IMG/VR virus record: IMGVR_UViG_3300035181_000357
Coordinates: 124,001 to 188,000 of that record
Reading direction: 5' to 3' (one strand)
Length of the DNA stretch: 64,000 nt
This document shows, in pieces, positions 1 through 9,530 of the stretch. Every line of letters begins with the position of its first letter. The first letter of the stretch is position 1. The position numbers and the translations under genes were made by a program. A model generated the notes under the pieces. The model was not told the origin of the DNA and made no database searches. It was given only the letters and a program-made list of their open reading frames with translations.

Positions 1-182
1 GTAACTTCAATCTCCCATCTCTCCCATCTATTCCTAATTTCTTCGGGAACTTCACATTTGATGGGTTCAAATTCCCTAAAGGGCAGTTCACTTTTAAACT
101 ATCTTTCGATAAGAATTTTGCGTTTGGACAATGCCGTCTTCGTGGTGGAGATATAGACATCTTCAGAAATTATCCAAAGACG

Positions 183-2333
183 ATGGATTGGAATGGTATC
201 CCATGCACTATCCCAGTCTACAGACCACCCCTTAGTGGTTATATCTATGTCAACGGGACTCCACAAAATGTTGGAACCATAAAAGATACCCCATACTATA
301 CAGATTTTGACCCAAATACAGATTTCTATTCTGGATCAGGGTTCCCTGATCCTACTAAGATTGTTAGTGACTACCATATGGCAGTCGATCTCTATATTGA
401 GAGGTTGGCTTCTCTAACAGAAATAATTTTCCCGATCCAGAATGTAGTAGATTCAAACTATGACCCAAATCTAATGGCTGGGTGGTTGATCTTAATCTCT
501 AAGAACAGAAGTTTAAGACAAGGGCAGTGGCTACCTAGATTTCAAGAGTGTTATGACCAGTTTGTAGCTCCGTCTATCGCATACATAGAAACCAATGGTA
601 TCGTCTGGAATAACAAACTAAATGGCCCTGGTCCTCGTGCTGGAGACATAAATATTCCACTGATTCCAATCTTGAAGAGTGGGAATGCTACAAGAGTAGG
701 ACAGATACTCTGGATGTTGACGTTCCTGGAAACAGGGCTGATTGGGTATAATAGAAACAAGAATTTTGATATTTATCAGCTACAGACTGGTACAGATTTA
801 GACTCTATGGTCAAGAACTACCTAGATCCTATAACAGGGGAGTCCACAGATTATGTACAGTACACAAGCAGCATCTCTGAGACTCTCGTTATCGCTTTAG
901 ATTCTGGAGGCAAAGCACAGTATCCAACATCTATAGCAGTACCAAGACCACTATACAATACACTAGTATCTGTCATAACTAAGCTATCTGTTAAAATAGA
1001 TCAGGTTCCAACCTTCATAAGTCAGAGGCCAAAGTACAGATATGTGTATAGTAATTTCGGTGAACAAATAATCCTAGACAAATACTCTCAATACTGGAGG
1101 GAATTGGCTGATAACTGGAACACTCTAATAAGTTCAAATGATTATAATTCTAAATTCTTATTATCATATGAACAAGCTATTGAAGAGACGATAGATCCGC
1201 TGGGTACCAGGGTACTAGCTGCTACTATAAATCTAGATTGTGATACAAGATCCCATACCTGGACTCCAGCAACATACAAGCTACCAATTTTCATACAAGA
1301 TCCCCTAGAATTATACCCACCAACCAATGTAGTACCCAACGATGCAGCCTGGATCGGGGATGAACTTATAGAGGATAAGTATCTGTTGAGAGCGGATATT
1401 CAAGGTCTAGATCTAAATACAAAAATGACTATGATGCAGCTTAATAGAGCGTATAGTGTTCTACGCTCAAATACACAACAGATGATACAAGCGATCGATG
1501 CAACCATATCTGGAGCGAGTACGAGTTCTGTATCTGGGTTTAGTTATTCCCTTGAAACTCAGATAAATGATATACCACAGATAGGTTCAGATCTAGAATT
1601 TACAGTGATGGATTTTGATCAGAGTAACTACTATACGAATGGTGTTTCTTTCAAAATCACTAATCCAGGTGCCTACTCCTTGTCTACAAGTGTTACATTC
1701 CCAAATACAGATGTGGGAGTTAGAACTGTAACTGTGATCAAGAATGGTACTCAAATTCTAGATACAAAGCAATCCACACCAGGATCTGGTCCTGTAACAA
1801 TAGATCTTAATTTCACAGCTGATCTGCTAACAAATGATCAAATAAAAGTCAGAGTAACACATAGTTGCTTGGTACCACAAGATATTTCTGTTGCCTCATT
1901 TATAGGAACTCTGATTGGATCTGTTGGGGCAGTATCTCCAGGTCCTGGAACGACTACTACAACAGCTACTCAATTCACCATAATCACAACATCTACAATA
2001 TCGTCTGGTACATGCTTTAAATTTAATTCAGATGGTACTACAGCAACCAAGTTAGATCCAGCTAACTCAGCTGTTCTACCATTCATAGATGGTGTTGCCT
2101 TGGCTGGAGCGAATTCTGGGACAGCTGTAGCAACAGCTAAGATTCATGGTGAAGTATATACTATTCCAGGCTCCACCTTTACAGCTGGTCCTATATTCTT
2201 GGGTCTAGATGGGCGTCTTACTCAAGTTCAGCCTCTCGCGGCCACAGGATATGCTTGGTATGTTCAGGTAGGTAGAGCATTGAATGCTACCACGGTCATC
2301 ATGGATTCTCAACTTCCTATCTCACTTTTGTAA
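183..2333 (+). CDS. Probable virion structural protein with C1q/TNF-like beta domain and C-terminal capsid-cement-like domain
   Basis: 716-aa ORF; GAYSLSTSVTF...VIKNG...DQIKVRV resembles C1q-like jelly roll; Thr/Gly-rich C-terminus; structural gene context. Confidence 0.45.
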   Translation: MDWNGIPCTIPVYRPPLSGYIYVNGTPQNVGTIKDTPYYTDFDPNTDFYSGSGFPDPTKIVSDYHMAVDLYIERLASLTEIIFPIQNVVDSNYDPNLMAGWLILISKNRSLRQGQWLPRFQECYDQFVAPSIAYIETNGIVWNNKLNGPGPRAGDINIPLIPILKSGNATRVGQILWMLTFLETGLIGYNRNKNFDIYQLQTGTDLDSMVKNYLDPITGESTDYVQYTSSISETLVIALDSGGKAQYPTSIAVPRPLYNTLVSVITKLSVKIDQVPTFISQRPKYRYVYSNFGEQIILDKYSQYWRELADNWNTLISSNDYNSKFLLSYEQAIEETIDPLGTRVLAATINLDCDTRSHTWTPATYKLPIFIQDPLELYPPTNVVPNDAAWIGDELIEDKYLLRADIQGLDLNTKMTMMQLNRAYSVLRSNTQQMIQAIDATISGASTSSVSGFSYSLETQINDIPQIGSDLEFTVMDFDQSNYYTNGVSFKITNPGAYSLSTSVTFPNTDVGVRTVTVIKNGTQILDTKQSTPGSGPVTIDLNFTADLLTNDQIKVRVTHSCLVPQDISVASFIGTLIGSVGAVSPGPGTTTTTATQFTIITTSTISSGTCFKFNSDGTTATKLDPANSAVLPFIDGVALAGANSGTAVATAKIHGEVYTIPGSTFTAGPIFLGLDGRLTQVQPLAATGYAWYVQVGRALNATTVIMDSQLPISLL

Positions 2334-2379
2334 CTTCGTAATCTATTAATGGACTAGTTGGTTAAGGTCTCTTGGGTGT

Positions 2380-2411
2380 AATGAGGTGTGGCGTATGTGT
2401 CACACCTCATT
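2380..2411 (+). terminator. Strong hairpin, possible terminator or processing site
   Basis: AATGAGGTGTG / CACACCTCATT 11-bp inverted repeat in intergenic gap; weak U-tail. Confidence 0.4.
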
Positions 2412-2445
2412 CTATTTAAGGTATTAATATCTCATAGGAGGAAAA

Positions 2446-3111
2446 ATGAAGATATGCAGATATGTACTAGCAGTATCACTTTTTCTAAATGTAGTACTGG
2501 GCTTTTACTGGTTTCAGCTCAGGGAAGAAAATAAAGCATTGAAGGCTCACATCCTTAGCACTGTGAGTTCTGTTGGATCAGTAGAAAGTAAGATTATGTC
2601 TATGGATAAGTCAAGTGTTCAGGTAACGGCATATACGGCTACAGAAGGTCAAAGGTTTGCGAATGGGGTACCAGTAGCAGCTGCCATATCTCCGATGATC
2701 GAGAAGAGCTACAAGATCAAGATGGGAGATACCATAGTTCTGTTTGATAGGAATAAGAAGGCAAATTTCCTATGCAGAGTTGTGGACAGGACATCACAAG
2801 ATGAGACTAGACCTGTAGTAGATCTATTATTCCGGGACAAGAAAGAAGCTGTAAACTTCGGAAGAAAGAATCTTCTAATATCAAAGATAGAGAAGAAAGA
2901 TCTGAAAGAAGCCACCTATGTCTTAGTAACTATGGATGCTAAGACATGGCTGTACTCAAAGGAATTGTTTACGAGAAGTATGGAAGAGGGGATTATTACC
3001 CCTGATGAACTTCCCCTTGCTACAGCGTACTGGTTGAATCTGAATAGAGCTATAGGTTATAACCATGATAAAGAATCACCAAAGCCAAAGAAACAGAATA
3101 TGAAAACTTAG
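2446..3111 (+). CDS. Membrane-anchored protein with 3D-domain-like (double-psi barrel) cell-wall module
   Basis: N-terminal hydrophobic helix and coiled coil; VTAYT...GDTIVL...VVDRT...VVDLLF...EAVNFGRK resembles 3D domains; GGAGG RBS. Confidence 0.5.
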   Translation: MKICRYVLAVSLFLNVVLGFYWFQLREENKALKAHILSTVSSVGSVESKIMSMDKSSVQVTAYTATEGQRFANGVPVAAAISPMIEKSYKIKMGDTIVLFDRNKKANFLCRVVDRTSQDETRPVVDLLFRDKKEAVNFGRKNLLISKIEKKDLKEATYVLVTMDAKTWLYSKELFTRSMEEGIITPDELPLATAYWLNLNRAIGYNHDKESPKPKKQNMKT

Positions 3112-3116
3112 TTTAA

Positions 3117-3231
3117 AGGCATTGATGACTTGGGTCCACGGCACCCATGCTTAACAGCGGGTCATCTCCAGGGTAGGAACAACCATACTAAACCAGCTTG
3201 TTTCGGGAAAGTTCGAATCTTTCAGTGCCTA
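3117..3231 (+). ncRNA. Orphan tRNA-like structured RNA (acceptor stem plus T arm, multibranch core)
   Basis: AGGCATT/AGTGCCT 7-bp stem, GAAAG-TTCGAAT-CTTTC T arm, inner GATGACT/GGTCATC stem with two hairpins; no recognisable anticodon arm, no CCA. Confidence 0.5.
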
Positions 3232-3270
3232 CTATAAAATTATTAACGACAACTCATATAGAGGTACGAT

Positions 3271-4080
3271 ATGGAATATACACAAGAGCAAATTGCTAGT
3301 CATTTAGATACATGCCTATCCATTAGTGGATTCTTTGAAGGAAGTAACTTCAATCCCAGATATGATAATGCTACAGACAATTTTGATGGGGCAGGGATCA
3401 GTTGTGGATGCTTACAATGGGCTGCAGGCCCAGGATCTCTATCAACATTTCTAAAACACTGCTTACACAATATGGATGAGGCAAAAGCCAATGCATACTT
3501 CAGTGAATTTGGTGATTCTGTAGTCACAAATATGTCCAATATGAATGGAGACCAGGCTAAGAACTATAGCCTCGCGAATTTTTTAGATGGTGCAGGGAAA
3601 TGGTTACCAAATGCAAAGGCAGCATGGAAAACCTTCCTAGTAGATGAAGATGTTATCAAGACTCAAAGACAAGTCGCACAAGATGATATTCTGATGAAAG
3701 CATATAGTCTAGTCTCAAAGTTCACACCAGGTGAAGAACTAAATTTGAGAGCTATTGCCTTCTTCTTTGATATCGTAGTACAGTCTGGTGGTATGAAGAA
3801 CAGCCGTGGAAGTGTTGAACCAGTTAAGAAAGAGAATGCTGGATCATATGTTAAGGCTGTTGATGAGGCTAGGGCACAAGGCAAGCAATGGACCGCAGAT
3901 CGTTGGGCTAATTCTACAGATGAACCTATTAGCCGCTGGCTTCTACACTACGCATATGAGAGAGCTCAATTAAGCCTCCCTCAGTGGCGTTGGAATGCCT
4001 TAGCCAGAAGAGGTACTATTGCGACCAGATGGGGTTATGTAAATAGTACGAAGATAGATTTAACTAATAAACTGCCTTAA
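3271..4080 (+). CDS. Putative endolysin, lysozyme/chitosanase-like fold
   Basis: FEGS...NFDGAGISCGCLQW motif typical of phage lysozyme-like muramidases. Confidence 0.6.
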   Translation: MEYTQEQIASHLDTCLSISGFFEGSNFNPRYDNATDNFDGAGISCGCLQWAAGPGSLSTFLKHCLHNMDEAKANAYFSEFGDSVVTNMSNMNGDQAKNYSLANFLDGAGKWLPNAKAAWKTFLVDEDVIKTQRQVAQDDILMKAYSLVSKFTPGEELNLRAIAFFFDIVVQSGGMKNSRGSVEPVKKENAGSYVKAVDEARAQGKQWTADRWANSTDEPISRWLLHYAYERAQLSLPQWRWNALARRGTIATRWGYVNSTKIDLTNKLP

Positions 4081-5705
4081 ACTCCTGGGACTTTAGTAAA
4101 TTCTGCTGTTATAGTATCTCTGACCAGATCAATAATAATTACATATATACCAGCATCATTACTCTCCGCTGTTGGATTAATTATATATGTACAATATATG
4201 TTTCCCCTCGAATAATGAATAGACAGAGGATCTAGATCAGCAGCCACACCGATTGGATGGAGTCTAAAAGCTAGATATTGCCCAACCATAAAGGTCATCC
4301 ACATATCTAGACGGGAATCCTGATCTAAAATTGAGACACTGGTTCTATTCATTAGAATGAGACTGTTATCTGGGAATTTCTTTAAAGATCCTCTATGATC
4401 AGATGTGTCTTCCAGATACCAAGAAGCATAATTGCTACTCGTGACTGGGAGAGTATATATAACATCTGTGGCTTTCTCTAATCCATCGGAACTTCCTAAA
4501 ACATAGTAAAATGCATCAAACTTTATAACAGGATTGAACCATCTTCTAGCAGTGATAGCTCCTAAATTAGTTACAATATCTCCTGATATTGAGTATGATA
4601 ATAATGTTGTAGATGCTGAGGTTCCAAAATCTTCGCCAGCAAATATCAGGAGATTTCCACTCTCTTCCTGAATACCATATCCTGCTCTCCAATTTCCTGT
4701 CGATAGAGGAAGGGATGAGACACCGCCCGTCTTCGTTACTTTTTGTAGAAGTAGGGAGACGCTGTCGGTTGAGTCATATCCACCCCAAATATAGAACTCA
4801 TTATTATATTCTATTCCTGTAACCCCATGAACACCAGATACTAGGGTAGGACCGTCATAAACAGTATATGTTGCTAGATTAAAGATCCTACCTGTCTTAG
4901 TATCAGCACCTGTTACGACAGTATCCTGACCTCCAAGAACCCAAACCTCATTGTTGTTCGGTTGCCATACAGCTGCATCAGTACGTGACATTCTAACTGG
5001 AATTATAATTAGAGTATCATTAACAGGATCAAATATATAGGTGTTCGGATTAGGGGTCAAAACAGTCTTACCCTCATACCCACCGAATATCAGGAATGTT
5101 CCATCTCCTAGAGGGTGTACAATCAATTCAGATAACTCTCTGTCGAAATATGAGACGTAAGTGAACCACTGGTTTGTAGTAGGATTGAAACCATGGATGG
5201 TTGTGTCCTTTGCACCAACTACTCCACCTACTAAGGTTCCTCCAAAAGAAATCACAACATTGTTAATATTCTTAACCAATCTAACAGTTTTATCTATAGC
5301 TGTCGGGTAGTCATTAATGTAGTTCGTCACAGAATACTCTAGAACCCGGTCATATGGATTTAAGGTTCCACATATATTTGGAGTAGCAGTAGAAGTATTT
5401 TCTATAAATAGAATTCTCCCATCCTGTAGAAGTACACTAGCTACGATAGCGTTGTTGGTTAGGTCTTGAGTAACTCTATTAACACTAAAATTAGCAACAT
5501 AAGGAACTTCTATCCCATTCTCATAATATTTACCAGAAGCGGCGTATCCGCTGAAAGAAGGGTCGGGGCTAAAGAATGGATCCAAGATAGATTTTTCTAT
5601 TGTACAAGAGACAATAGAAGTGTCACCAACGATCTGATGTTTCCCAGCCTGATCATAAGACCTGCTACTAATGAGTGGGGGGAAAGTATTTACGGTTTGA
5701 TCCAT
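4077..5705 (-). CDS. Kelch-repeat beta-propeller protein
   Basis: Repeated IFGGY, VLGGQ, IWGGY, IFAGE motifs followed by Y/F-D/N-P turns at about 45-aa spacing. Confidence 0.7.
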   Translation of the reverse strand: MDQTVNTFPPLISSRSYDQAGKHQIVGDTSIVSCTIEKSILDPFFSPDPSFSGYAASGKYYENGIEVPYVANFSVNRVTQDLTNNAIVASVLLQDGRILFIENTSTATPNICGTLNPYDRVLEYSVTNYINDYPTAIDKTVRLVKNINNVVISFGGTLVGGVVGAKDTTIHGFNPTTNQWFTYVSYFDRELSELIVHPLGDGTFLIFGGYEGKTVLTPNPNTYIFDPVNDTLIIIPVRMSRTDAAVWQPNNNEVWVLGGQDTVVTGADTKTGRIFNLATYTVYDGPTLVSGVHGVTGIEYNNEFYIWGGYDSTDSVSLLLQKVTKTGGVSSLPLSTGNWRAGYGIQEESGNLLIFAGEDFGTSASTTLLSYSISGDIVTNLGAITARRWFNPVIKFDAFYYVLGSSDGLEKATDVIYTLPVTSSNYASWYLEDTSDHRGSLKKFPDNSLILMNRTSVSILDQDSRLDMWMTFMVGQYLAFRLHPIGVAADLDPLSIHYSRGNIYCTYIINPTAESNDAGIYVIIIDLVRDTITAEFTKVPGV

Positions 5706-5784
5706 CGGCTTCTCGATCTTATAATGAGTAACATTTTAGAGATTTCCTATTTTTATAATGTAGAAAGATTCTTTCGGTGACATA

Positions 5785-8700
5785 ATGAAGACATATCCAA
5801 GTACAGTTTCAAGAACCCTCACTCCTGAGAATAAAAGTCTTGTAACGGTAATAGGTAGACACGATAAACGTTTGACAGACTCTGAGTTAAACTTAATCCA
5901 AGACATTCAAGATCTTAAGAGAACTAAGGTTCTTGAGAATACAACATTCTCTGGTTGTCTCTCGGCTAGCCCTTTTATGTTTGACAACCAGAAACCACTC
6001 AGTCTTCAGATCCCAGCATTTGATGTCTTATTCTCTGGAAATGTAGTAAGAGTTGGTGGGAACCTGATTAATAATCTTGGGTTAAATAATGTATATATTC
6101 CAAGACCAAATCAGTGGGATGGGGGATCTGCGGCAGATGATGCAAAGATTCTAGTAGTCTATCTGGAATTATGGTTCAAAGCCCTAGAATCAGAATCTGG
6201 AGAAGGTTATGCTGTATCTGGGTCCAATAAATACTTCTATCCCAACGGATGTATCGATGCTGATCCAAGCAATTATATCCTAGACGACACGGTTGATCCA
6301 TACCAGGGCGTCGCCACCTCAGCTAGAGCACAAGTACAATGGGCTATCAGAACAGCATCTGTCCCCCTAGCCTATAACTTTGATACTTTCAGATTTGGGC
6401 TAGATCCATCTCCAGGTGTGGGTGAAGTCTTTGCTCGTGGTGCTGCAGAATCCTTAGGTGATCCTTCAGCCTTTAGTTTCTCTAATATGGGTCCAGTCAA
6501 TGGAGATTCTGGTCTGTGGCGTGCTGGAGATGGGAACATCTACAATTCCCTACGATCAATGGATGGTTATTCCTATGCCATGCCTCTCGCCGTTCTATTC
6601 CAGAGAAATACAGGGTACTACTCTCTTGACCAGAATCCTTTTGGGTCGGCAGATCTCCACGCTGGTGGTGGTACTTATGTGTCTGGTATTAGCGGTAGAG
6701 TAGATGGTAAGTTCAGTGACATTGTATATGCAGACGATCTAGTAGACACTAGACTGACTGTATCATTGACTGGATATGATTATGATAAGATTCTGAAGCA
6801 GAGTTTTCATGATATAATCTCTGGTGAGACTAATATAAAGATCTGCAGAGGGGAATCCCCAGGTTCTAAATCAACCTTCTTAGGGTCAAGATTAGAGTAC
6901 GCTGTTACTTTCGGACAATTGTCAGTGAATAATACCGATAGGGTCGGTTCGTTTGATGGCTTTAGATCTGGATTCTCTAGTGATCAGAGGATATATAGAG
7001 TAACCGAAACACGAACGATAAATCAGAAGATAGATGGAACTCAGGGAGCAGCCTGGGTACTAAATGATACTGTAACTCTTCAACTACCTGCTGAGGTTAA
7101 TCCTGCTGCATCCATTGAATCTCTGGTAGTACAGTCTCTAGTGAGACAAACAGATGGATCTCTAAAGCCAATAAATCTATTCGGTGGACAGGTTCTACTA
7201 ACTGGTATTGGATCTAGATCTGTCATCATTAAGATAAATCAGAATTTAACTGGTTCAAACTTTGATCCAGGATTGAATCCTCTCGTGATAACTGCCTCTG
7301 TTAAGTATCCCTCAGGTCTCGGAGAAGATCTAAAGAAAACCTTGAATAAGATTCAAGGTGGGCTTCTTCATGACTCCACTAAGAATGTGGATCTCAGAAC
7401 CTTCGGAATTTCAGATTATGAGATAAGCAGTCTTCAGAATAAGCAGACCATTGATTCACTCATATCATATAATCCCTCGTATTCAAGTACCATATTTGGA
7501 ACTCGTGCTATTATTCAGATCCCAACTTCCCAGGCAGTCATCTCTGGGGGATTTACAACCTTCTCCGTTCCTAAAAATAATATAGATGGAAGATATACAG
7601 GAATGTATATCTTCAATATCGAGGATTCTGGTGGTGGTAATATATTTACTATTACTAGTAGAAAGACCACGTCTGATAGAATGTTCATCACTATAAATGG
7701 TGATATCACAGGTATGGGAACTACTCAAGTAAGGATTACAGTATTATTAAATAATACAGCACAAATCAGCTTCAATCCATCAGTAAAGGGATTAACTTCG
7801 ATAGAAGAGACTGTAGTAGTTGGGAACAGTACATCTACCACAGATCAGAGAGTTAGAATACTTAGTATCCGAAAATTTGCAGATAGAAATGAACTAATTT
7901 TAGTATCCAACAAATCAATGATCAAGGGTATAGGAGGTAATGACGTTGATAGATTTATCTTCGTTGCTTCTTTATCTGAACCTGGGTCCTTTGATGCCTA
8001 TAAGATAACTTCTATATCACTGAATCTAGGTATTTTAAAGATAGTGGTTCCACCAACCGTAAACTTGGAATCACAAACCTTCTGGATCCCAATGTCTTTA
8101 ATCGTATCTCTAGATAAGACATCAACTATGACCTTAGTAGGTACATACACACCATATCAAGGTGAGGGAATTCAGAATAGAGAATATAGTGTTATAAACG
8201 CAGAAGAAATGGCATTTATATCCACTAATGGAACAGGATCTGCCCCAGTAGTGGGGATCAGGGATATATATCCCTACAATAGAGAACTACCTATCTCGAC
8301 CATCCTCCCAGCCCTAGTATCTTGGTCTGATTCTGACCTAGCTAATCAATCTCTATCCAGTGATCATGCTAGTAACTATGAGACTAAACAAGCTTCAAAC
8401 GTAGAACACACCATCCCAACACAGTTATACACTAATGACTTCATCGATCCAGTAGCAAGCTTTAAGAGAAGAAAACTAAGGCTCTTATCCAAATCAGGAT
8501 CCAGAGGATTCAATAAGACCGCACCAAACGTAGGGTTTGGTATAAAGAAACCAAAGGTACGATCAGTTCTCGGTGATAGTCTCCAAGCTACAGTATCTTC
8601 TGTTACTATGTATGTAGATAACAGATATGGTTCAGATATTAGAGACGGTCTGACTAAAACAACAGCTAAGAAAACCATCTCTGGTGCTATTAAAGCTCTC

Positions 8701-9501
8701 CCTCCTGTATTGAAACATCCGGTATCCGTCGTACTCTTAGCAACTGGAAATAATTATGCTCTAAAGGATATGGTAACATCTGAGTACCAGGTCTCTTTAT
8801 ATGGAGATAACGAGACTAGACCACAGAAGTACTATACATTAGCTAATGTATCCTTCACTATGCAGGAATCCGGAAGATTAACGATTACCAAAGAATCTAC
8901 AAATCCTAATAGAATTGTAATCGATGGGGATCAGGCTCAGTTCGGAGACGGTTCTGTCAGTGCCTTTGTAATATCTGATTCTCGAGTGATATTGAATGGT
9001 CTAGAGATTAAGAATTTTAGAACACCAGCTATCGTATGTGTTGATTCCGATCTTGAATTACTAGACTGTCACATGAATCTAAACCAACAGACTCTTGCAG
9101 CCACACAAGGATCCAATGTTATTATAAACAAAGGAATAATCACCCTCGGAGAATTAGCATCAGGAATTGTAGTGTCGTCAAGTAATCTTCTTGTTAGTGG
9201 GTCTGTTAAGTTAGTAGCTACAAGCACAAAGGTAGATTCATTCTTTAATGCAGATAGGATTTCTAATATAACATTAGAAAAGCATGATTCACAGACGACA
9301 ACCTCTCTAGAAGAAGGAATAACATCTGGGACTGTAGTCTTGAAGGTCAACATGAACTCTACAGCATCATGCTCCAGCACCTGGATATCAAACGGTAAAG
9401 CCATTCTGACAACCAATTCTGTGTTGACCAGATCCATCCTAAAGAATCCATTCCTTGGCAATTCTGAATTCGACAGCAGTTCGAATGTAATAACTAATTA
9501 A
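5785..9501 (+). CDS. Tail/baseplate fibre-like protein with C-terminal beta-helix-like region
   Basis: 1238 aa; N-terminal LTDSELNLIQD typical of baseplate/fibre N-termini; YVDNRYGSD.DG....AKKTISGAI motif typical of beta-helix leaders. Confidence 0.55.
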   Translation: MKTYPSTVSRTLTPENKSLVTVIGRHDKRLTDSELNLIQDIQDLKRTKVLENTTFSGCLSASPFMFDNQKPLSLQIPAFDVLFSGNVVRVGGNLINNLGLNNVYIPRPNQWDGGSAADDAKILVVYLELWFKALESESGEGYAVSGSNKYFYPNGCIDADPSNYILDDTVDPYQGVATSARAQVQWAIRTASVPLAYNFDTFRFGLDPSPGVGEVFARGAAESLGDPSAFSFSNMGPVNGDSGLWRAGDGNIYNSLRSMDGYSYAMPLAVLFQRNTGYYSLDQNPFGSADLHAGGGTYVSGISGRVDGKFSDIVYADDLVDTRLTVSLTGYDYDKILKQSFHDIISGETNIKICRGESPGSKSTFLGSRLEYAVTFGQLSVNNTDRVGSFDGFRSGFSSDQRIYRVTETRTINQKIDGTQGAAWVLNDTVTLQLPAEVNPAASIESLVVQSLVRQTDGSLKPINLFGGQVLLTGIGSRSVIIKINQNLTGSNFDPGLNPLVITASVKYPSGLGEDLKKTLNKIQGGLLHDSTKNVDLRTFGISDYEISSLQNKQTIDSLISYNPSYSSTIFGTRAIIQIPTSQAVISGGFTTFSVPKNNIDGRYTGMYIFNIEDSGGGNIFTITSRKTTSDRMFITINGDITGMGTTQVRITVLLNNTAQISFNPSVKGLTSIEETVVVGNSTSTTDQRVRILSIRKFADRNELILVSNKSMIKGIGGNDVDRFIFVASLSEPGSFDAYKITSISLNLGILKIVVPPTVNLESQTFWIPMSLIVSLDKTSTMTLVGTYTPYQGEGIQNREYSVINAEEMAFISTNGTGSAPVVGIRDIYPYNRELPISTILPALVSWSDSDLANQSLSSDHASNYETKQASNVEHTIPTQLYTNDFIDPVASFKRRKLRLLSKSGSRGFNKTAPNVGFGIKKPKVRSVLGDSLQATVSSVTMYVDNRYGSDIRDGLTKTTAKKTISGAIKALPPVLKHPVSVVLLATGNNYALKDMVTSEYQVSLYGDNETRPQKYYTLANVSFTMQESGRLTITKESTNPNRIVIDGDQAQFGDGSVSAFVISDSRVILNGLEIKNFRTPAIVCVDSDLELLDCHMNLNQQTLAATQGSNVIINKGIITLGELASGIVVSSSNLLVSGSVKLVATSTKVDSFFNADRISNITLEKHDSQTTTSLEEGITSGTVVLKVNMNSTASCSSTWISNGKAILTTNSVLTRSILKNPFLGNSEFDSSSNVITN

Positions 9502-9530
9502 AGAGCATATAGAAACTTATAGCATCTATA

